A DNA stretch of 64,000 nucleotides, from positions 64,001 through 128,000 of the forward strand of contig JBMNHS010000001.1 of the NCBI GenBank assembly GCA_050950505.1, in the 5' to 3' direction. The stretch is from Candidatus Methanomethylophilaceae archaeon (GTDB lineage Archaea > Thermoplasmatota > Thermoplasmata > Methanomassiliicoccales > Methanomethylophilaceae). The notes below the pieces were generated by a model. It saw nothing but the letters and a program-made list of their open reading frames with translations, was not told the origin of the DNA and searched no databases. Shown piece after piece: positions 48,422 through 57,350 of this stretch (positions within the stretch are counted from its first letter, which is position 1; every line of letters begins with the position of its first letter). A program made the translations under genes and the position numbers.

Positions 48422-51400
48422 ACATCCGCCCCCTCTTGATAAGCAAATAAGCGAAAACCGGGACTCCGATCATTGTGGTGATTGCCCCTACCGGCAATTC
48501 CTGCCCGTAGTAAAGCATTCTTGCCGCCAAATCGGCCAACATTACCAGCGCCCCTCCCAAGGCTATGGATGCCGGCAGAACCAGCCGATGATCGCTTCCC
48601 AGAACCATACGGCAAACGTGAGGCACCACAAGACCCACAAATCCTATTATTCCGACGAACGCCACGCACACGGATGTGAGAACAGAGGCCATAATCAACA
48701 TTATTCTGTTGAACCGTCTTACATCGAGTCCCATCTGCTGGGCCTGGTCTTCACCGAGCAACACAAGATTGAACTCTTTTGCCCAAACCAACGGAATCAG
48801 AGATAATGCCAGCACCGGAACCAAAACCAACCAAACCTGTTCCCAGACAACGTTTGCGAATGAGCCGAACAGCCAGGACAGCGCATTGCTGACTTTCTGT
48901 CCGGCCATGGACAGCATAAGTGTCTGGAAGGCGGAGAATGCCAGTCCCACGACCACACCCGCCAAAACGTAATTGATGGATGCGCCTCCGGATTTCTCCG
49001 CGATCAGCATCGTCATTCCGAATGCCAGTATACCTCCTATGATTGCCGTGAAAGCCGTAAGGTATATGGAATGCGGAGAGAACAGACCGAAGAATGTGAA
49101 ATCAAAAGCAATGACCGCCAATGCAGCAGTTCCCGCACCTGCGGAAACCCCCATTATATATGGATCGACCAGTGGGTTTCTGATGATTGCCTGGTACATG
49201 CTTCCGGCTATGGACAATCCGATGCCCACGGCAAGAGCGACTATGGTCCTCGGAAGTCTGGATTCGTAAACCATCAGTTCATTGTAATCCAGTCCCTTTC
49301 CTCCTTTCGATATGGCGGAAAGCAAAGAAGAGAACATCTCCGAAACCGATAACGTGACCGTGGGTCCGATGCAGAGACAGACGATAAACACGACGACCGT
49401 CGTTGCGGCTCCGATCAACATCATCACGAACAGCTTGTGTCTGCTCTTGGTGTTGTGCCTCAAATCGTCTCCGGTCAGATAATGATTGAACTTATGCCAG
49501 GCGTGTCTGTACGGATTTCTGATTTTCAGAACCAATCTGGCTATAACGTATATCAGAATAAGAATAACAAGAACAATCAGCAGGAATTCAATCAGCGTCT
49601 GCAGCAATGATTTCTCCTCAACGGGTTCGTAAACATATTCGGGAAGGGTTCCGCTTGAAGCGATGAGTCCCGCGTCATTGCCGTAAACCATCAGGCCACC
49701 TACGAATATTATAGGGGACATTCCGTAATTTTTGACGGTGGAATCGGAATACCATTCCGAAAGAATCCTGCCGTCCAAGGAAACTTCATACACCGGGGCG
49801 GTGAGCGAGTACGGCGTCATGTATATCGATTCGCCGTTTATGAGTATCGGCGGGCCCTTGGTTGACTTTATTTCGCCGTTCATTATCCGGTGTTCGCCGG
49901 TGATGCTTATTCTGCACAATCCTTTCGTGGTTACAAAATAAGTTCCTTCGAAATCATCCGTTACCACCGGAATATGATAGTTTCCCGTGAGTCCCAGTGT
50001 ATCTTTGTCGGCGATAAGGAATATTTTGCTTAATTCGCCGGTTGAAGGATCGAAATCATAAATCCCGATTCCCCCGACCACCGAACTCATACCTCTTCCG
50101 TCGCTGACGGAGAAAATTAATCTGTATTTTGATTCATGTTCAAAAACGGACACCGCGGACACATTTCCGAATTCGGTGCCGCCTGCGGTTAAAGTACGGG
50201 TGTAAATTTTTTCATCCGCTATGATTTCACCGTCGGCTTTGTCAATCACGTACAGATGTCCGTTCAGTGCCCCCGCGAACATATAATCGTCGTAAACCGT
50301 GGGGGACACGTAGTAAACCGAACCTCCCATTTGCCGGGACCAAAGCAAATTCAGATTCAGATCGAAACAGTATGCCATTCCGTTTGTGGCCGTGCAGTAA
50401 ATCGCACCGGAATCGTAAACAAGCGATCCGGTTCCTCTGAAACTGTAATTGAATCCCGACAGAGGTTTCGCTTCGGCGGGAATCGCGTCAGCATCGGTCA
50501 GAACGGAAAACGCTTTACCACCGAAAGATGTCACATATTCATTTTCGGATATCTTATTTTCATCGAGTACTCCGGGACCTTCCCTCCAATTGAATTTGTA
50601 AATCATCCCTTCGGAAGAAGAGACGTAAATATTTTCGCCGACGATGACCGGCGTGGATGTTTCGTAACTGTTGACTCCCGGGAACCGGAATTGCCACACC
50701 ACGCCGCCGTCAAGGTTGAAACATATCACTCTTGGTTGCCCGTCTTCTCCGTCGGATTCATTCTTCGTGGAGAATTTGGCAAATATGAAATCTTCGACAT
50801 AAGTCACGGCGGCGATTATGCCGCTTATTCCGTCGATTTTGTACTCCCACTGAACTTTGATTTCATCTTCCGGTATGACTACATTGTCCTGTCTGCCGGT
50901 CTGGGCCGCGTCTCCCCGTATCATTGTCCATGAGGATTTGAATTCGGGAGTTTCCACGGGAACTGTTCCGGAAGGATAGAATGCCAGAGCAAGCCCCTTT
51001 CCGTCGTATGCATCGGTTAAATCTGCCGATACCCACTTTTTATCGTCGGTGGAGTCGTCCCACCTGTAAACGTTCCAAACGGAAGTGGATTTGAATCCTG
51101 TGGTTCCGCTCGACTCGAAATTACCCCCTGTGTCAGTGTCGGAACCTATAATCTTCTCGTATACCCCGTCTATCTTCAAAGGTCCCGAATCATAGGTATG
51201 CCCGTTGGCCTCCGCGGTATTTTTCAGAACTTCGTCTATGGTCGATCCGGACTCCGCCTCATACCATGACGTTTTTCCGTTTCCCATATCAAACAACACA
51301 TTGCCTTCGGTTCCTGCGCCGTAAGCATCGGATATGTCGGACACCATCGCGAAGGATGACGAAAGCATCAGCAAGGATACGAAGAGTGCGATTACTGTTG

Positions 51401-51434
51401 ATTTTCCTTTAATGTCGGGAGCCTCCTTATTCAA
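48411..51434 (-). CDS. Fusion protein: secreted DUF4430-like domain + PQQ/BamB-like beta-propeller + BtuC/FecCD permease
   Basis: Signal peptide; WTMIRGD...TGR and propeller repeats (G.VVWQF, LLWSRQMGG, SPTVYD..MF.G..NG.LY.ID..DG); TM helix; then RLPR, RNPLVDPY..GVS.GA, GE..A..MG, GIIGFVGLVVPH. Confidence 0.85.
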   Translation of the reverse strand: MNKEAPDIKGKSTVIALFVSLLMLSSSFAMVSDISDAYGAGTEGNVLFDMGNGKTSWYEAESGSTIDEVLKNTAEANGHTYDSGPLKIDGVYEKIIGSDTDTGGNFESSGTTGFKSTSVWNVYRWDDSTDDKKWVSADLTDAYDGKGLALAFYPSGTVPVETPEFKSSWTMIRGDAAQTGRQDNVVIPEDEIKVQWEYKIDGISGIIAAVTYVEDFIFAKFSTKNESDGEDGQPRVICFNLDGGVVWQFRFPGVNSYETSTPVIVGENIYVSSSEGMIYKFNWREGPGVLDENKISENEYVTSFGGKAFSVLTDADAIPAEAKPLSGFNYSFRGTGSLVYDSGAIYCTATNGMAYCFDLNLNLLWSRQMGGSVYYVSPTVYDDYMFAGALNGHLYVIDKADGEIIADEKIYTRTLTAGGTEFGNVSAVSVFEHESKYRLIFSVSDGRGMSSVVGGIGIYDFDPSTGELSKIFLIADKDTLGLTGNYHIPVVTDDFEGTYFVTTKGLCRISITGEHRIMNGEIKSTKGPPILINGESIYMTPYSLTAPVYEVSLDGRILSEWYSDSTVKNYGMSPIIFVGGLMVYGNDAGLIASSGTLPEYVYEPVEEKSLLQTLIEFLLIVLVILILIYVIARLVLKIRNPYRHAWHKFNHYLTGDDLRHNTKSRHKLFVMMLIGAATTVVVFIVCLCIGPTVTLSVSEMFSSLLSAISKGGKGLDYNELMVYESRLPRTIVALAVGIGLSIAGSMYQAIIRNPLVDPYIMGVSAGAGTAALAVIAFDFTFFGLFSPHSIYLTAFTAIIGGILAFGMTMLIAEKSGGASINYVLAGVVVGLAFSAFQTLMLSMAGQKVSNALSWLFGSFANVVWEQVWLVLVPVLALSLIPLVWAKEFNLVLLGEDQAQQMGLDVRRFNRIMLIMASVLTSVCVAFVGIIGFVGLVVPHVCRMVLGSDHRLVLPASIALGGALVMLADLAARMLYYGQELPVGAITTMIGVPVFAYLLIKRGRMYEG

Positions 51435-52800
51435 ATCCTAAATATTCTGTAATTGTCAGGAAGTCTCTGTAGTTGTCTCCGATATAGTAAGGAATCGGGT
51501 CATCGGGGAACAGAACGTCCTGATATAGTATCAAAGTAATTATTTCCATCAACTGAGCGTATCTGGGTCCCGGCAACTGAGCCATCTCCGCCAACCCTCC
51601 GCTCAATAAGTAAATCTGTCCGTTTTTGTAAGCGTCGGTTTGCTTCCATTCCGCTGACATATTGTTCAGCATTGTTTCGTATTCGGATTCGGTCGCAAGA
51701 TAATCGTCCGTGATTATTATCGCCACGTCGGGATTCGCTTTTGCGATCAATTCGGAATTTGATTGAATCCAGCCGTAACTGGAAGAAAATACGTTTTCGC
51801 TTTGCAACCGGTTGAGGATATCGTCAACGTAAGTATTCGATCCCGATACCCAGGGGGCTTTTGTCGCGGACAGGGAGACCAAAGTCGATTTCGAATCCGT
51901 TTGGTTCATACCGATGAGATCGAGTATCTCCGACTCGGCGGAACCCAATAAATCGATTACATCCGCCGAGCGTATTTCATAACCCATCACAACGCCCACG
52001 ATGTAAATATTGTCGAGGATGGTGTCGATACTTTCACCGGCATACAGCACAATGGAATTCACCGTGGTTTTCCTTACCCTTTCCGCCAATTCATAATGAG
52101 CGTACAGTGAACCGTCACACAGCACCAAGTCGGGATTTGATTTCATTATGAGTTCAAAACTGGGATTCACATAATCCCCGATTTCCACTATATCCCCGTT
52201 CTTCTTTCCTTCTGCGACGGCATCGGGGTAATTGCTGTATTTGTCGGCGCCGACTATCGCATTTGTAGCATTCAGGGAACCCAAAATTTCTGTTATGGAA
52301 GGTGACAGAGTCACAATCTTCTTTGCCTGAGGATACCCGTATATGGAACGTCCGAACTGATCCACGCCGACCGTGGGGGCTTCGTCCTCGCCGCAAAATG
52401 CCCACGTGGATACGGAATATTCCGAAATGTCTACGTCTGTGTCGACAAGCTTTGTCCAATTCAATTCTTCTGTTTTGACGACCCAGAAATTCCAGGTTTT
52501 TTCTTCGTCATTTGGTATTCCGTTTATCTCGGTGACTTTATTGTCTTCGATGACGAGTTCGTACCCGACTGCGTTACAGGCATATTCCAAAATCTTTATG
52601 GGATCGTCATATTCTTTGAAATCCGCATCCACCCATTGAACATCCCGGTTTCCGAAATCGATGGCTATGCCCGTTGATTGGTAAGCGAAAGCAGATTGAG
52701 TGTTATTTACGAGAGCGACCGTCAGACCGGCTCCGGACAGGAGCAACACGACTGTCAACAATGTCTTGAGTTTTGTCGGGTCCGATCTCATTCGCATCAC
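51427..52800 (-). CDS. BtuF-like substrate-binding protein with N-terminal DUF4430-like domain
   Basis: N-domain IDFGN...VTEINGI.N....WNFW; C-domain KIVTLSPSITEIL, VG.D.YS.YP, P.FE.I...NPDLV, PGPR. Confidence 0.85.
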   Translation of the reverse strand: MMRMRSDPTKLKTLLTVVLLLSGAGLTVALVNNTQSAFAYQSTGIAIDFGNRDVQWVDADFKEYDDPIKILEYACNAVGYELVIEDNKVTEINGIPNDEEKTWNFWVVKTEELNWTKLVDTDVDISEYSVSTWAFCGEDEAPTVGVDQFGRSIYGYPQAKKIVTLSPSITEILGSLNATNAIVGADKYSNYPDAVAEGKKNGDIVEIGDYVNPSFELIMKSNPDLVLCDGSLYAHYELAERVRKTTVNSIVLYAGESIDTILDNIYIVGVVMGYEIRSADVIDLLGSAESEILDLIGMNQTDSKSTLVSLSATKAPWVSGSNTYVDDILNRLQSENVFSSSYGWIQSNSELIAKANPDVAIIITDDYLATESEYETMLNNMSAEWKQTDAYKNGQIYLLSGGLAEMAQLPGPRYAQLMEIITLILYQDVLFPDDPIPYYIGDNYRDFLTITEYLGFE

Positions 52801-52863
52801 ATTGATTTCTCATAAGGGTGTTTTGTAAGAGGTTTCGAAAAGGTTTGTTTAAGGTATTTGGAT

Positions 52864-53433
52864 TTAAGCCTTGAAGGGGCCTTCGTTCATCCAATCGTCC
52901 ACATCAATGGGAGTAGGTGCACTTGAACCCGCATACACCGAAAAGAAGAATATCGTGGAAGTAGACTGTATGATCTTGAACTCCTGATCGTCGTCATACC
53001 CTCCATGGCCCTTGAAACTCAACCAACCATTTGAACTTGCGAAGTAACCCCATTGATCATCTTCAGGAAAGGTCACACTCGCAAGCATTGCTTCTTCGCC
53101 GGTATCTGAATACAAATAAGCGTTAACCGACCATGAACCTGTTTCATCAACTGTTGAAAGGTATCCTCCACTGAGTTCATACTCGAGATTGGCATCTTTC
53201 ATGGCCTTATCGAAACCCTCGGCAGGATTGGCGCCTTTGGCACTGTACCATCCGTTTCGATCATCGTTTGCATCAAAATACATGTAGAAATGATATTCCG
53301 TGGCATCATCACCGAAATGATATTCCGTGGCATCATCACCGGAGTCCATGAGAACACCGACGCCGTATCCGACACCGACACCCACCAGCAATCCGATTAC
53401 TACGAATGCAATCAATTTATTGTCAATATCCAT
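52864..53433 (-). CDS. Membrane-anchored extracellular protein, aromatic-rich, possibly DUF4430-like
   Basis: ATG 53433 with SD GGTGA; N-terminal TM; first gene of the uptake cluster. Confidence 0.7.
   Translation of the reverse strand: MDIDNKLIAFVVIGLLVGVGVGYGVGVLMDSGDDATEYHFGDDATEYHFYMYFDANDDRNGWYSAKGANPAEGFDKAMKDANLEYELSGGYLSTVDETGSWSVNAYLYSDTGEEAMLASVTFPEDDQWGYFASSNGWLSFKGHGGYDDDQEFKIIQSTSTIFFFSVYAGSSAPTPIDVDDWMNEGPFKA
53287..53340. repeat. Perfect 27-bp tandem duplication (in-frame GDDATEYHF x2)
   Basis: GAAATGATATTCCGTGGCATCATCACC repeated at 53287 and 53314. Confidence 0.95.
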
Positions 53434-53448
53434 TATTTCACCATTTGG

Positions 53449-53499
53449 TTGGATAAAATATCCAATGCAGACAAATTGTAAGGGGGATATATAATCCAA
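53449..53499. promoter_or_regulatory. Two operator candidates (TTGGA-N7-TCCAA type)
   Basis: TTGGA-taaaata-TCCAA at 53449-53465 and GGGGA-tatataa-TCCAA at 53483-53499; the second straddles the minus-strand TTATATA box. Confidence 0.7.
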
Positions 53500-53947
53500 T
53501 TGGTTCGAACTTATTTTATTAATAATTCGAAATAAATTAAATACGGCGGAAAGTCAGATTTTAAGATTTCTGAGAAACCTGCCCAATTTAAAAAGTAATA
53601 TGCACATTAAGGTTCGGAGGATTTGTTCAAACAACCGAACCGTAGCGGGGACCAAAACCGGGCAACGACGGGGAAAAAAATCGCAGAAACCACTTTGATC
53701 GTTTCTTCGGAAACCGGTCGGTGCAGAAACTTGCGCAGTACCCCCTCGTCTTTCGGAGCAGTGCTGACCCTCAACCGAGTGGTCGTGGAATAAAATGACG
53801 CCCGGAATCGGATAAGATCCGTATGATTGGCGCGGCTGAAGGCCGCGCTGATATCAGGAATTCTTACATATTTTAGCTGATGCTATGTTATTTTGATATA
53901 CTTTGAAGGTAAATTAGTGGTGCAGACCACTTTTTAAATGGAATAAG

Positions 53948-54020
53948 TGCTCCCGTCGGGATTTGAACCCGAGTCGAAGCCTCGAGAGGGCTCCATGATT
54001 GGCCGCTACACTACGGGAGC
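53948..54020 (-). tRNA. tRNA-Glu (CTC)
   Basis: Reverse complement GCTCCCG...GAGCC-CTCTCGA-GGCTT...TCGGG-TTCAAAT-CCCGA-CGGGAGC-A. Confidence 0.96.
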
Positions 54021-54083
54021 TGATACAGCCTTGATTGCAAGCATGTTAATATAACTTATGTGAAGAACGGCGGATATTGCACA

Positions 54084-54863
54084 TCAGAGGTCCGGGCTCA
54101 GAGGCAATTGACGTTTATGTTCCATCGATGCCACAAGCTTCCTGATTTTGACGACTTCGTCAACGGTCAGATTGGCGTCTTCGGCTATGGGTCCGTCCTC
54201 CAATCCCTCTTCGATGTCCCTGAGGATGACGTCCAGTTCGCCGTAGGAAATTCCCAGTTCGGATTCGTCGGTCTGCCCTTCCCAAAGTCCGGCGGAGGGG
54301 GGCTTGTCGATAATTTCCTGAGGTATTCCGATCAGTGAAGCGATTTGTCTCACCTCGGTTTTGTACAAATTAGCCAGAGGTGTGAAATCACAGGCACCGT
54401 CACCAAATTTTGTGAAATATCCGGTCATCATCTCACTTTTGTTAGAGGTTCCGGCAACGATGTAATTCCGTTTTTTTGCAAGGTTGTACAGAACGATCAT
54501 TCTGCATCTTGCGGCTATGTTTCCTCTTTCCAAAGGGGCTTCCACATCGGACAGCAATACGGAAGTGAGGGCGTCCACCGCGGGTTGGATATCGACTATT
54601 TTGTATTCCGTGCCCCACATCTGACTCAGTTCCCTGGTGGTTTTGTAATCTGCGGCGGGAGTTGTCCTGGAAGGCATGAAAACATTCAGAATCTGTGACG
54701 GGTCCGTGGCATCCGCGGCAAGTTTGGTCACAACGGCGGAATCAATGCCTCCGCTGAGTCCGATTACCAAACCCGAACATCCTGTGTTTTTCACAATCCC
54801 TCTTATGAAATTTTTGATGTGCTCCACATCGTCTTCCGTAATTTTCGGAATCTTCTCCGCCAT
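54084..54863 (-). CDS. nadE: NH3-dependent NAD+ synthetase
   Basis: GLSGGIDS, GN..AR.RM, GTSNKSE, GYFTKFGD, LYKTEV, KPPSAGLW.GQTDE. Confidence 0.95.
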   Translation of the reverse strand: MAEKIPKITEDDVEHIKNFIRGIVKNTGCSGLVIGLSGGIDSAVVTKLAADATDPSQILNVFMPSRTTPAADYKTTRELSQMWGTEYKIVDIQPAVDALTSVLLSDVEAPLERGNIAARCRMIVLYNLAKKRNYIVAGTSNKSEMMTGYFTKFGDGACDFTPLANLYKTEVRQIASLIGIPQEIIDKPPSAGLWEGQTDESELGISYGELDVILRDIEEGLEDGPIAEDANLTVDEVVKIRKLVASMEHKRQLPLSPDL

Positions 54864-54901
54864 GTCTGACCCTATGAAGTGAAAGATTAAAGAAGTGTCC
54901 G

Positions 54902-56413
54902 TCACAAATCTTGGAACAGACGGTCCGTGGGGTATTTCGGATCGCAGGTGACGTTGATGCCGAGTTTGCGGAACATCTTTTCTTCTTCGTCGGGAAGTAT
55001 TATCGAAGAATGTATGTCACATCCTCTCAGCTCGGGAAGACGGTCCAACACCGCAGTTGCAACGGGGTTCGTGGTGGCGCACACCGACAGCGCAATCAGC
55101 ATTTCCGTGGCCTGCAGACTTGCCGCCGTATCACCGAAATATTTTGTTTTCAGGCTTTGGACGGGTTCTATCACCGACGGCGAAAGCAAATGCAGTGAAT
55201 CCGCTATGCCGGCCAAAGTCTTCAGGGCGTTCAGCATCATTGCCGAAGTCGCGGCCAGAAGCGAAGAGGTTTTTCCGGTAACTATGGTTCCGTCCCGCAA
55301 TGAAATCGCCGCCACCGGCATTTCGTCCACATGAGGATGTTCATGAACTGCGGCCGCAACCTTCCTGTCCCCGGGATTCACATCCGCCTGTTTCATGAGA
55401 AGCTCGATTCTCCTCACTGCGCCGGAAGATTCTTTTCCGCGTTTCTTAGAGCATACCGCTTTGTAATACCGCCTCAGAATCTCTTCTTTGGAAGCGTCTG
55501 AAACCGCGGTTTCGTCGGTTATGCAGAAACCCGTCATGTTTACCCCCATGTCGGTGGGCGATTTGTAAGGTGATTCTTTGTAAATCCCTTCGAAAATTGA
55601 TTTCAAAATGGGGAATATTTCTATGTCCCGATTGTAACTCACGGCGGTGACGCCGTAAGCTTCCAGGTGGAAAGGATCGATCATGTTGACATCGTCCAAT
55701 TCCGCCGTGGCCGCCTCGTATGCCAGATTCAAAGGATGTTTGAGAGGCAGATTCCATACCGGGAAGGTTTCGAACTTGGCATAACCCGAACGGATGCCCC
55801 GTTTGCTGTCCTGATATATCTGGGACAAACACACCGCCATCTTGCCGCTTCCGGGTCCGGGTGCGGTCACGGCAACCAAAGAACGGGTGGTTTCAACGTA
55901 ATCGTTTTTACCGAACCCTTCGTCACTGATTATATGTTCCAGATCGGAGGGATATCCTTCAATCATATAGTGTTTGTAAACTTTAACGTCAAGGGATTCC
56001 AGTTTGGAACAGAACGCATCCGCGGATTTCTGTCCTCCGTAGTGAGTGACGACGACACCGCTGACCAGGAGTTCGGCGTCTCTGAACATGTCGATCATTC
56101 TCAGAACTTCCAAATCGTAAGTGATTCCGATATCATCCCTCAGTTTGCTTCCGTCGATATCCCAGGCACTTATGACCACGACGATTTCCACATCGTCTTT
56201 CATGACGGACAGCATTTCTATTTTGCTGTCGTGAAGAAAACCGGGGAGTACCCTCGACGCATGGTAATCGTCAAAGATTTTGCCTCCGAATTCGAGATAA
56301 AGCTTGCCTCCGAATTCGGAAATTCTTTCCCTTATGCTCTCAGACTGCGATTCCAGATATTTTTGATTGTCAAACCCCGATTTGACGGAAGACGGCAGCT
56401 GGGCATTTTGCAT
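54902..56413 (-). CDS. DUF1846 family protein (UPF0371)
   Basis: GFDN.KYL..QS..I.ER, KLYLEFGGK.FDDYHASRVLPG, TAPGPGSGK, SPTDMGVNM. Confidence 0.9.
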   Translation of the reverse strand: MQNAQLPSSVKSGFDNQKYLESQSESIRERISEFGGKLYLEFGGKIFDDYHASRVLPGFLHDSKIEMLSVMKDDVEIVVVISAWDIDGSKLRDDIGITYDLEVLRMIDMFRDAELLVSGVVVTHYGGQKSADAFCSKLESLDVKVYKHYMIEGYPSDLEHIISDEGFGKNDYVETTRSLVAVTAPGPGSGKMAVCLSQIYQDSKRGIRSGYAKFETFPVWNLPLKHPLNLAYEAATAELDDVNMIDPFHLEAYGVTAVSYNRDIEIFPILKSIFEGIYKESPYKSPTDMGVNMTGFCITDETAVSDASKEEILRRYYKAVCSKKRGKESSGAVRRIELLMKQADVNPGDRKVAAAVHEHPHVDEMPVAAISLRDGTIVTGKTSSLLAATSAMMLNALKTLAGIADSLHLLSPSVIEPVQSLKTKYFGDTAASLQATEMLIALSVCATTNPVATAVLDRLPELRGCDIHSSIILPDEEEKMFRKLGINVTCDPKYPTDRLFQDL

Positions 56414-56606
56414 AACGGAATAACCTTTACGGCAATATTAAACGTATTGGTTCGGAACGGACTCCCGTGCGTAAAAACAACAGGAAGAATTCTGGCACCG
56501 GTTTTTGTTTTGCAATCCGTCGGTGACTGACGTGTAAAGAGTCGCAACGGTATCGAAGGGAAATATCAGAAAGATATTAATGTGAGTACAAAATGTTCTG
56601 TTTGCA

Positions 56607-56692
56607 GCCGAGATAGCCCAGCCCGGTAAGGCGCGAGCCTGGAAAGTTCGTGGCGATTCGCCTCGGGAGTTCAAATCTCCCTCTCGGCGCCA
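56607..56692 (+). tRNA. tRNA-Ser (GGA)
   Basis: Acceptor GCCGAGA/TCTCGGC, anticodon arm CGAGC-CTGGAAA-GTTCG, long variable arm GGCG-att-CGCC, encoded CCA. Confidence 0.96.
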
Positions 56693-56857
56693 TTATTATC
56701 CACACTTATGAACGGAGTACTGTGTTCGGTTCACCGGAAACGACGTTATTGATTTTGATTGAATGTTCCAGAAATCCCGTGTCTGCGATATTGTGATGCC
56801 ATCGCGGGTGGGAACGATACTATAATTAATATAGGGCAGATATTCAGCAGGATTAAA

Positions 56858-57349
56858 ATGATAGTGAACGCAGAACTGTACGTCAAGGATCTACCGGGTC
56901 GGCTCGTAGGTTCCCTTGAACCCATATCCATGGTTGACGGGAACATAAAAGGGGTCGTCCACGACCGTGAGCAGATCGTCAACAACAGGATCTCGCTCAA
57001 CGTTACATTTGAAGTGGAAGATTCCACAAGACTGAAGGAATTGGAAGAAATATGGAAAGCCAGGGACGTGATAATATCGAGCATAGACTCGGTTTACAAA
57101 ACATATCCCATGGAATACCTGTTGATCGGAAACCTGACCGCGGCTTACATTGAAAACCTGATGGAAGAAGCCGCCAAAAGAGTGAAGGTTGCCGCCATAG
57201 ACATGAGATATTCGTCCAAGGATCTTCACGATGACAGGACTGCGATGATATCCGTAAAGGTGCGTGAAAAGGAAGATATCGAAAAATTGGACGCTTTCCT
57301 GAGAACCGCCTGCAAAGAAGGCAACATGACCTATGTCAGGGGGCTTTGA
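56858..57349 (+). CDS. ACT-domain allosteric regulator of homoserine dehydrogenase
   Basis: KD.PG.LV..LEPIS...GNI..VVH.R; directly upstream of hom, as in other methanogens. Confidence 0.8.
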   Translation: MIVNAELYVKDLPGRLVGSLEPISMVDGNIKGVVHDREQIVNNRISLNVTFEVEDSTRLKELEEIWKARDVIISSIDSVYKTYPMEYLLIGNLTAAYIENLMEEAAKRVKVAAIDMRYSSKDLHDDRTAMISVKVREKEDIEKLDAFLRTACKEGNMTYVRGL

Positions 57350-57350
57350 G

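Noticed and set aside
53287-53340. CRISPR-like repeat
   Set aside because: Two adjacent copies with no spacer, inside a CDS; no cas genes or arrays in the window
53500-53900. Cobalamin riboswitch upstream of the Btu-like cluster
   Set aside because: No B12-box or other consensus elements on either strand; none seen at 33730-33860 either
5494-56692. Integrated elements at tRNA 3' ends
   Set aside because: No integrase or transposase, and no duplicated tRNA 3' fragment noticed
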